A stretch of DNA of 64,000 nt from Trichoplax adhaerens. Lineage: Eukaryota > Animalia > Placozoa. The DNA lies in assembly GCF_000150275.1 (NCBI RefSeq), contig NW_002060943.1, forward strand, positions 2,262,987-2,326,986, written 5' to 3'. Positions 53,201 through 64,000 of this stretch are shown one piece after another. The notes under the pieces were generated by a model. It worked only from the letters and a program-made list of their open reading frames with translations, made no database searches and was not told the DNA's origin. Numbering within the stretch: position 1 is the stretch's first letter; every line of letters begins with the position of its first letter. Made by a program: the position numbers and the translations under genes.

Positions 53201-56200
53201 CGATAGGGTTTTACAAGTAATGATCCCATAATTAAGTAGGAACATGAATAAAAGGAAATCTACAATCGTTGTAACGGCGTTACATTTTACCTATTCGGAT
53301 CTAATCGCCTCATGCATGATACAATATTTTCTTTTCCATGCATTGATGGATCAGCAAATGCAAATATTCGCAGGTCTTCTCCTTTCCATGAAAATAAATT
53401 TCTTCGAAGTGGGCTACCATGTAGTTTCTGTGATAGATATACAGTTAATCAAGGCTAAATTACTAATGCTATAAAGCAACTATGTATGCAGACCTTCGAT
53501 CTTTGCAAATAAATTTGTACGTTCTTTTCATGCAAACTTCTGTATAACTCTTCAATCTTTTTTACTAAAAAATATTAATTATCACAAAAATATATTAAAC
53601 TGGTAGTAAGAATTAAAATAGTGCAAGTTTTAAATTAAACATTACCGGGAATGAATTCTCCTTTGGTTTTGCGGATTTTATCTAGCCTGGCCTCTAATAG
53701 CTCCTCACGTTGAGTGCATTGATCCGCCTCATCTAGAAGCAGCTGTTGATTTAAAGAACTAAATTAATAAACTTATCATTGTAATTATGAGTTGCTATCG
53801 TATCATTTACACGCATAATTTTATCTTTTCTCCTCAAAAACTATGCATGAATACGCGTATAATAACTATAATTGAGAAATCTTGAATAGATTTGTATGTA
53901 CCGCGTAGTTCTCTCCAAGTTTAACTTCAAACGGATCATCTTCGCAACTGAAATTTGCGTTCTAATATCATGTAAATTTGACAAATGATCAGTCAGATTT
54001 AAGGTGGGATGGACGTAATGTGTGCGAATTGATAAAGTATCGTTTATCAGACCTCAAACTTTATTAGCAAGTCCCAAGGTAATTTTTCAATTGCTCCCGG
54101 CTTTTTAGACGGTTTATGAAGGATTCTCAACATTTTTATGATACCTGTGAACTAATATTTTATGTAAGACATTACTTAATTTTCAAAAATTTATCAATTG
54201 CTTATAATATCAGCCGAAAAACAAAGCTAATGGCGTTGCTGCTAGAAATTAATAGCACTCACATCGCTAAAGGCCACACCAAAGTTATACGCAAACGGGA
54301 AAAACGCGTTTGCATTGACAACAGACCAACACCTAGATATATGCAGTTAAATATATCTAATTAAACAAATACCCCGTTTCACTGCCAACTATAAAAATCT
54401 ATTTACCAAGATTTGTTAGTAGGATTAGTCAAATTGGGAAGAGTTTGGCGCAGGCTTTGCATTTCTTGGTCTTCGTGTGTCGATGTCATGCAAACGGTCT
54501 ATTAAAAATAAAGTACAATATAGTACTATCATAACAGGAAGCTACAGTACCTATTATGGCAGTAATTTAAAAATCAATTTTAACATACTGTACCTCGAAT
54601 GAAAATATATCGTTACCATCCAAATTCCAATACAGTGTTTTACTAGATATAGTGAAATTGTCAGTATTGACAATAATTGACTTTAACGCAGTTGCCTTCC
54701 ATGTAGTTCTAAAATGAAATAGATTTAAGTTATCAATTGCGGAAGAAAGTAGAGTATGACTGTAAAGGCACAGTCGGCTATAAATTCGTATTGATAGCAA
54801 CAGCGAAACTTACGTTGTTCTTTCAGATAATTTCATATTTACAGCTATAAGGTCTAAAGTTACGAATTTCTTAGATATGGCAGTTGAAGTGTTTGTCTGT
54901 ACATCATTCTTTGTCGAAGTAGATTCTTTAGTAGATCCTTGTCGATACTCTGCGAACATCGTACATGTCAAATATTTCGGTTGAAACAGCAAGATCAATA
55001 CACAACGCAATGGATTATATATATCTACGTTACGAAGTACGTTTATGGTGGTAATTGATCACTACTGCTGCAATATTATTCTAATGTCTTTTCAAGACCT
55101 TTGATTTGCTTGATTGTTGATACTGCATAGGTTATATTGTCTGCGATACATCTATGTGTAGTTGGGTCCCAATCCACAATAAATTCTGTTAGGACAATGT
55201 TTATATTCTAATTTAAAAAAAATTGGCATTAAAACACGTACGACGCTTGGTAATTTCCTTAGTACATATCAAGACAACTTACATCGAGATCTTTCGTTAC
55301 TCTTACAGATGGACAATCTAAAAATCCCATTTTTATAGCATTCGCCATTTCCCGTTTGAATGTATTATTTTCCTACACCAGTCATGCCAGTTGTAAATCA
55401 CAAGTGCAACAAATCAAATTTTTAAAACGCAATACCTTATCTTTCTTCGAAATAGTAGCACATTTGATTCCGCTTATATTAAATGTTAAAGGTTCAGATG
55501 AGTTGTTCAAGAATAATGCATCATCAATTCTAAGCATGATTGGGTTGATATCTACAGCATGAAATACAGAAAATCTATACATTAATACAGATTTAATAGT
55601 TCGATGAATCCAGTATCTATTAAATCATGACAAATTTAAGAAATATAGAAATAAACGGTGATAAAAGAACCATTATTCCATGTATCATACAAGATAAAAT
55701 CACCAGTAACGGTAAAATGAAATGTACCTTTGTTATAATGGCATAAAAATAGATTAACATCTGTAATTTTAATATTCATTTCAGCAATTATCTTCTCATC
55801 TAGAAAGAAATTAATAGTAATTTACGGTTACTCGTATGTGTTAAATACCAACCACGTATGCGAAAAGAGGCTAATAAAAATGATTGTACTTGTCCTATTA
55901 TTAGGATCGCTCTTTATACGGGTATTGTTAGCTGATTTCGATTTAGGTATGTATATTTTAGCCATAGTTATAAAGTCTTCGACTGCCTCTGAAAATTCTA
56001 TGCAAGGTGCTGTAGCTTGACTACTAATTGTAATCGAGTGCAGCTTTCCACTATGTATATGTGCGAAGGCCTAAAATATTAATATGTATTGATTAATTGA
56101 TACTATTAACATATATAATTGGTACTTAAATATGACTATATATATATAAATATGTCTAATCTCATCGCTCTCAGAGTATAATATAGACAGTGCCGCAGAA

Positions 56201-59200
56201 CTACAGTATTATGATTGCTACTGACTACAATTTTTTAAACCTGAGCCTGAAGATTCGCAAAAGAGATTACGCGGCCCCAAACGTGCTTCCTACTTTGAGG
56301 CAGTACAAAAGTGTTGTTTTTCCGTAATCTTCCGTATAAAATTTCACTATTTTTGTTAGTCTCTACCAGTAAATTCTCCATACCAAAATCAATCCTTGAT
56401 GAAAGTGTTAACAACAAGATTGTATGGTTATTAGAAAGCGTATAGAATAGCATTTTACAAGAGTTTACAAGGTATAATTTTATTTGCTTAAGTACTTTAA
56501 ACGGTTTGCTTCCGGCACTTCTGCAACAGTGTTTAATGATCCCATAACAATACGGGTACAGTGAGATGGTTTACTCGTATCAGTACGGAAATCAAATTCA
56601 AAGGTAATATCAGCAAGGGTAATATTAACGGTTATTAGTAGTTCTTGTACAATTCTTTCTAAGGCAGTTGAACGTGCAGTCCTGCAAAAAAATTGCATTG
56701 CAATTTATGTTACAAATGATAATTATCAAGTACTTTCATTCAAAGTTCTCACATACTTGATTTCAATTCTATCACTCTGGCTGCTATTCTCGATTTCTTT
56801 AACTTCTCTTCTTGGCAATAAATGATGCCAGTACTGTATACTACTTGCAGAATATTTAAAAAATATAGTACTTATATCACCACCAACAGCGAGCTTTAGC
56901 TTATCATCACAGATTTCAGTTCTAGCGAACGTAGTAAGTCTTTGTAGTACACAAATCTCATTCGACATGTTCTCTTGTACTTGAAGGCCTAAAAATCAAA
57001 ACAAGTTAGTGATAGAAGTATAAAAGAATTTCTAAATATGGCAATGAAGCAGTAATTGCGAATTAACCATTAAGGCTTAGTGATGCACTAAAAACGGGCA
57101 AAGAAAGATTTTTTTCCCATTTATCTTTAGATAGGCGAGCTGAAAATACATCTAATGCGACTTGGAGACACCTACAAGAATATATCAGAATTTTAAAAAT
57201 AAAGTTAGTGACATACAATGATTCTACGAATGTGTAACAGTACATGATAGATCTAGCAACCATAGCAAGGAGAGTGGATAGGATAACAGATATCATTACC
57301 GCTTGGAAGATTTCGTCGACAATGTGGCATTACTTTGACATATTGATAAGTCTATTGACTGTAATTAGGAAGCAATTTGTTCTAAATTCAAATACATTTA
57401 CTACAAAAAATTAAAGCCTAAGTTATGTCAAGAATTGGGCAAAATGACCAACCTTTGGAAGTTTACTGTAAAGATTCTGCAAAGGGCTACTTGGATCACT
57501 TTCATTATTGACTTCACGATTAGTGGCTAATGGTGCCATTTTAATGAATTACAGTATAATTTCCATAAATAGAAAATTAGAAAAAAATATTATTAAAATA
57601 CATCATGAGTGTTGGGGTGTAATTGTAGCTATAATAGAGTTATATGCAATCTGTTGACCATTTCACACAAGATACTAGATACGAAATGAATAAATAGATT
57701 GCAGTCCTTATAAATGTCATAGGTTGTAATATTTAACAATTCAATCACGTCTTTATTTCTAATTATTAATAATTTTAATTTCAATACATAGCATAATACC
57801 TGTCTGGCTACTTGATCTGGGTGTAGATATTGGTGCCAATAATGATAAAGATTCTAAAATAAAAATTATGTTATTACAATATTTTATCAATATATACGTG
57901 TGTTACGAACGAAATTTGTATTGCGGGTAATACATTGAAAATGAAGTAAACGTATTGATTTCAATTATACTCTAATTTTGTATAAAAATACAAAAGCACA
58001 TCTAAACAATATTCTAACATACCTTCGGCAACAACTATCTCGATCTTATCTAGTTTTATTCTTAGTTCCTGCGTTATTGGATAATATAAAGAATTAGTTT
58101 TCACTTTAAACCTTGCCTGTATACTGTACTAATCAAATATTCATGATGAAATTGAGCAATACATTCCTTAAAAATTAATGTATTTACAATATGTACCAAT
58201 ATTATAAATTATATATGCAAATATGGTACTTACCGCTGAACCTATACCTGCCATAGGTTCTATTATTAGATCTACGTCAATATGGACCGACATTTCTGCC
58301 ATTGGCTTCGCAATGTCGTCAACTTTAAACTGAAATTTCATTTATCACCAGTTTTATCAAGTTGACATAGAAATATTATCAATTAATATGATATTACCAT
58401 AATTGTGACAAAGCTAGATATTAACAACAATATTGATATGTTTGCAAAAACACAGATAATTCTATATCAAAAGATGTTCACAAGTGTTAAAATGCAACTA
58501 CTGCATGATGTTATCACTAACATTAGGTGACCATTGCAAGCCTTGCATAGAATATAGTTTGGTAACTTGTCGCTTGCTTGATAAGTGCATATTAAGAATG
58601 CTAGTCCTATGGTTAGAAGGCGGAAATAGTCTCCGTTAAAACATATATTATATATAATTCTTGAATAAATAGGTCAATTTGTATATTTATTACTAGAATA
58701 GAAAATTAACTGAAAAATAAACATCTTTTTCTACACTTTGATTTAACAAGCACATTGTCAATGGAATAAAGATAATGCTACCGTCGTCGATCTGCAACTG
58801 AAGCGAAGATTTTGATTCCATCAAGGACAACTACTTCCGCATATAAACTCGGAGAAGCTTCTCTATATATCTTCAAAGTTAATTGTTTAATATCGATGTC
58901 TAGACACTACCCAAGACAAAAAATGATCAATAATTAATTAATTAGCTAAATACTGTATTGAATTTTGACACCATAATCATCGTTGTCAGCGTTGTACACA
59001 ACGATAGTATGAATATTATTATATCAGTGGTAAAATTTAGATGAATTGATAACTAATTAAATTATCGTGTATCGTGACTACAAATGAAGGCAAGGATAGT
59101 GAGAACGAATCAATTTTGATAATTTGGACGCCTGTATAGGTTTATAACAAGCAATAAGCGTAGTAAGGTATGTATGGCACCACTCAATTGCTCCATAATG

Positions 59201-61331
59201 TAATCCTAACTAGTTAACGAACTGTTACATGTACACAGATAAATTAATTTCTATTTTACCTTGCTTGTTAAGAGCACTATAAGTCTGGATAATAGTTGTC
59301 TTCTCTTTTCTGTAACCACTTTTGTAAAATATAAAATGAATGCACAGTGTGAGAAAATTCATTGGGATTTAACATTTGAACATGCTACTTGGATTATTGT
59401 GACATTGTAATGTTAAGGCAAGGCAGTGTTGATGCTCATACCTTGCATACTTAATGTACATTGTTTGAACAGGGACTTTTTCAATTTTTTTTTACCCCTG
59501 GGGTAAGAAACAATCGAGAAGTCCCTGGTTTCACAATGGCGATGCATTAACGTCAGAGTCTATACCCTGAATTTTGAGTCTGTTGGAAAGACTATCATCA
59601 CACACCAAGGCACTAAAAGTTTGTTGTCAATACTGGCTGTGCCTATATACCATACATATTATTATCTAGAACTACTGTAGGCTATTCTATGCGCCACTGT
59701 AGTTACCATACATTAGAAGAAGAAGAAGCTGGCATATAACAAACCTTTGGATGGCTTGGCTTTATTACTATATTGCTCATTTGTCTCCTTTTCTTGATTG
59801 CTTGGTGTTTCATCTTGCTGTATTTTAATATTTTTGATTAAATTGAATTCTAATTTATCTACTACAATAGAGAACCATCTATGTAATGAATAGATAGATA
59901 GATAGAAAAACATTCTTAGAATTCGTTTTAATTGCAATATGAGATAATACAATAGAAAAAAGCTGTCGATAATATTGTGTTTGCAAACAGCAAGATTGAT
60001 GGTTATGAGGCTTATTATAAAGAAATTAAGTTGTGATCCGTTTTATGAAATTGGGTAAGGTATGCATCACTCTGCTAGGTATAGGCAGTACATCAAAATA
60101 AGCGATAACTAAATACAGTCTACAGTATATGTTATTGTTGCTGATTAAGGTGACTGTATTGAAAGAAATTGCAATTGACTTTATTTCAAGTTATGATTTA
60201 GCAATCTACTGATGACCCAAAAATGGATCGAATTCATTGGAATGTCATGATTTTACGAGATTCTTCATTGGTGGCTTGAGTTATACATAAAATGGAAGAT
60301 TGTGTCAATAATTCAACTTACTTTTTGGAAGTATCTCTACCAAAATTGAAATGAAAGCAGATATTTTCAAGAATCTATTGAAAAAGCAATGATACTTTAT
60401 TAAATGGATTTCTTTGTTGGAGAAAATTTTGTTAGAATAAGATGTTGAGCTCGTTTGAGTCATGAATGATGATGATTGCATGGATTTATGTCGAAATGAA
60501 ATCAATAGCGTGTGTTTTTGTTTTTTTAGAGAGAATAGAATGAATTAAATATAAGCAAGATGAAGTGAGCTCCAATCCTACTTACTGCTGCTTGTTGGCC
60601 ATAACCAATGCTTAAATATTTTAATCGAAAGAGGCGACAACCTTTAATAACCAGTTTGATGGCAAATTTTCGATAAATATACTGTATCAAACACCATCGT
60701 AATAATCTACAATAGAATCAAGCAAATTGAGGTCAACAAGTATCCGAGTATGGCAAGATTACCGTCGACATTGTTGCAATATCATTTCATCAAGTGGCAT
60801 CCTATGAGCAATCACCTAGGGGGCCATTAGGCAATGAATACCAGTGCTATACTCTACTGTATCCATTCTCTTAGGGTAAATTACTGTTTTACTCCTATCG
60901 AGCTGCCGAGTATGTCCAGCTCATCTCTCTCTAGTCTACAGTATACGCTGTACTGTATAATATACTGTATCTCTCTGTCAGGTCTAATCTAGCGCATTTT
61001 TTCTACCTCCATCATGTCATTGAATGAAGTCAAAGTAGAATGAATGCAACTTTTGATACAATTGTACACTCAATGTTGGATAGAGATATGACTTTCTACT
61101 CAATGATAGCATGTCTATCTACCATGGAAATTGTAGAATGGATGATGTAGGCTTTTCAAATTTAAAAATTCAAAGCCAATCCATTGTAATGTTGTGCTAG
61201 CATCAGTGAGAAAGTATCAGAAACAACTGGCCTTTGCTATGTCGACTCGATCATCCTTTCTGGACCAACCTGAATAATAAGATGACTCCAATGATAATAT
61301 AGCCAAGATAGAATAATTTACTGTTCAACAT
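44208..61331 (-). CDS. BLTP2: Bridge-like lipid transfer protein 2 (KIAA0100/Hobbit/Fmp27 family); dozens of short exons
   Basis: First exon MLNSKLFYLGYIIIGVILLFR (N-terminal TM anchor, 61270-61331). Family motifs: MRLLFHGR, SFDPYDKSE, AVNSQVILKGTETNG, LQRIISRC, VGGISVKEHFEVNVVPLAVRLT, RASKNQTFIYIKIPQVPLLVSYK, NLALPTLEYHNVTWQWIDLL. Stop at 44208. Confidence 0.95.
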
Positions 61332-61589
61332 GGTTCCTATTTCATCGCCAATTTTGGCCAAGGTAAATCATGACCCAAGACGATGGTTGGAGGAGGTTTG
61401 GCGTATGAAAATAATCTCGATTTGCTGACGCAATGTGTTTAGCGTTGGATAAACTCACTACCAAGAGTTCGATTGAATGTTCCACTCATTGGCCATAGTA
61501 GAATCCTTCAACTATGGTATACTACACAGTACAGTCGAGCGTGATGGGTGAAGCTAGTAAAGGGTCGATTTGGTCAAAACACTCATTCA

Positions 61590-62510
61590 GGGTTGTGTAC
61601 ACTAAGTACGGTACTGTACTGTACTGTACAAGTGTCATACTGTACTATACTGTACTACAGTATACAGTATGTGGACTAAGTACTGTACAGTACAGTACGT
61701 NNNNNNNNNNNNNNNNNNNNNNNNNNNNNNNNNNNNNNNNNNNNNNNNNNTTGACCGAATCGAACCTTTCTCAGGTCTACAGTACAGTACAGTTTGTACA
61801 ATGTCCAATCTACAGTACAGTACAGCACAGTTCGTACAATACTGTATTGTACTGTACACTTGTACAGTACTACACTGTATTGTACAGGGTACAGTATACT
61901 GTAGTACAGTACAGTACACAGTACTGTAGTCTAGTCCTGTATGAAATTCCATCCTACCCACTTGAAAGGTTGGTCTATCCAGGTAAACGGAGGAGTCTAT
62001 CAGGCTAGGCGTGTGCAAAATGAAATGTCACCCCTCATCCATGCTCTTGATTTGTTATTTTGCAATCACTGTGCTCCATATATACACTACATCATAGATC
62101 ATAACGGTTGAACCGAATCGAACCTTTCTCAGGTCTACAGTACAGTTTGTACAGGGTACAGTATAGTACAGTACAGTACACAGTACTGTAGTCCAGTTTG
62201 TACAGGGTACAGTATACAGTAGTACAGTACAGTACACAGTACTGTAGTCCAGTCCTGTATGAAATTCCATCCTACCCACTTGAAAGGTTGGTCTATCCAG
62301 GTAAACTAAGGAGTCTATCAGGCTAGGCGTGTGCAAAATGAAATATCACCCCTCAGCCATGCTCTTGATTTGTTATTTTGCAATCACTGTGCTCCATATA
62401 CTGTATACAGTACAGTACATCATCGATCATAACGGTTGAACGGAACCGAACCTTTCTCAGGTCTATAGTACAGTTTGTACAATGTCCAGTCTACAGTACA
62501 GTACAGTCTG
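61590..62510. repeat. TACTG/TACAG tract plus tandem array of ~330-360 bp units (2 full and 1 partial visible) next to a 50-N gap at 61701-61750
   Basis: Anchor cgaacctttctcaggtct at ~61761, 62120 and 62447; shared body gtcctgtatgaaattccatcctacccacttgaaaggttgg...ggctaggcgtgtgcaaaatgaaat...cactgtgctccatata. Confidence 0.95.
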
Positions 62511-63743
62511 TCCCATCACTTTTGTCACTTTCGGGCAATATTTTTCTTTCAAAATACAGTCAAGCTATCATAGAATGATATATTACATTGATGGAGAGAT
62601 TCTGAAAGATCTGAATCTGGTAAAGTTAGAAAGTTAAACTTGCTCTTAAGTCCATAAATAATGAATGTATCGCTGACCGTTCTACTGTACCTGTCTTGAT
62701 CAACTGTACTGGACACTACTTGTACAACATACTATACAATACTGTACTGTTCTGCATAGCTACCTTATTACACTACAGTATATCATCATCCAGTTACTGT
62801 ATGCATTTCCTCATCATAAGCATTCTTCATCTACCGTACTGGACTCCTTCTCTGATGATCTATCTCCTCTATCTTCGTAACAACACCTGCTAACGTGTGT
62901 TGGTGATATTTCTCGAAATCTACTTTCTATCCTCCTCAATCTACGGACATCCTTTGGACATACGTACAGTACAGTGAACTAAATAAAATAATATAATATT
63001 GTACGTACAGTACAGTAATATGACTGACATTGTAACGATGACGAGTACCGGGTTGGACTACCGTACTGTACACTACAGTATGTGTCATGAATGTACAGTA
63101 CGTACTTTACAGTACTGGACATTGTAGCCCACAGTACTGACTGTAGCTATCGCAAGCAAAAATAATGTCATCTTCTACATATACTTCCAGCTTGTAGAGA
63201 CCGACAAGTTACAACGCTTCGGTTGAACCATAGAGGTACCTGGACGCGCGCATAGGATTCTTTCAATACGGTAGTTACTCTACTCTTCTCAGTTTTGAGT
63301 ACTGTACTGTAGTCCCGGATGAGTGAGTACAGTAGTCAACTGGAAAAAAAGGTCCAACGCGATTTCCAGTGCTGCCCTGGCTGTCAAGCTGATCATCATG
63401 ATCATTCTTCAATTCATTTAATTCAAGATTTAATTTATTTCTACATCTGGGACCGACAACAACTGATTACGCCACTATTGTACTATCTTACTACATATCA
63501 AGAATTGAACAGGAGTAGTATATTGCACAGATTGAGCAGGCAGGATTGGACGTGTGTCAATCAACGTTTAATTCAACTGACTCAACAACAACAACAACAA
63601 AAATCGATTCCACTGCTTCCAAGGGCATCACTTTCATTGGCACTGGCCATTGGTGTCTAGTGTATGAGTTAATATCAAAAGTTTCTCCAATCTCCACTAC
63701 CACTGGTCCTGTAGCCAGAAAATCATCCAATTCATTAACAAGC

Positions 63744-63825
63744 ATGGACAATTCCCAAGTTATACCGTCTAATGGTGATAGCGACGCCATGGAAATTGAA
63801 ACAGCCAATCAATTAGCTGATGATG
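63744..63825 (+). CDS. Probable first coding exon of an unidentified gene running off the right edge
   Basis: ATG at 63744, MDNSQVIPSNGDSDAMEIETANQLADD followed by a strong donor G|gtaagc; preceded by a TACTG-rich, CpG-containing segment at ~62960-63320 like those before other genes here. No recognisable domain. Confidence 0.45.
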
Positions 63826-64000
63826 GTAAGCAAATTGATAACTACCCTTAATCACTGCAGATAGATAAATACTCTACCTATTTTACTCGTATACCTCCAT
63901 GCCAAGTACAAGACGCAGTAATTTAAAAATAGATTCCGTCATTATGCCAATTGGATGTTGATTCGTACAAATAGAATTAGATACATTTATTTCCAGTTTT

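Noticed and set aside
63319-63660. 113 aa ORF with poly-Q
   Set aside because: The poly-Q comes from a (caa)n microsatellite in a probable 5' UTR; no domain is recognisable, and the ATG at 63744 with a strong donor is a better candidate.

Overview
AT-rich, gene-dense eukaryotic genomic DNA with many short spliceosomal introns, from an early-branching animal. The compact introns and pervasive TACTGTAC/GTACAGTA low-complexity tracts suggest a placozoan such as Trichoplax (inference, not verified). Genes reconstructed by manual exon stitching: 5' end of a cytosolic alpha-carbonic anhydrase (-), SLF1/ANKRD32 (-), TIMM10 (+), LLPH (-), POR (-), RAD1 (+), an intronless secreted stand-alone DOMON protein (+), SHPK (+), an EHD/dynamin-like P-loop NTPase with two C-terminal transmembrane segments and no EH domain (+), EIF4H (-), BLTP2/KIAA0100/Hobbit (-), and a probable first exon of an unidentified gene (+) at the right edge. 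Several unrelated, locus-specific tandem arrays of 130-360 bp units lie in or near gene 5' regions, two of them broken by assembly gaps. Most notable: the membrane-anchored EHD-like NTPase, the soluble DOMON protein with both predicted heme ligands, an SLF1 BRCT lacking the canonical phosphate-binding lysine, a recurrent (GGTAC)n / TACTGTAC upstream signature, and a long-range inverted repeat between EIF4H and BLTP2. No rRNA, tRNA, CRISPR or autonomous transposon was recognised. Orthologue comparisons are from recalled sequences, not database searches.
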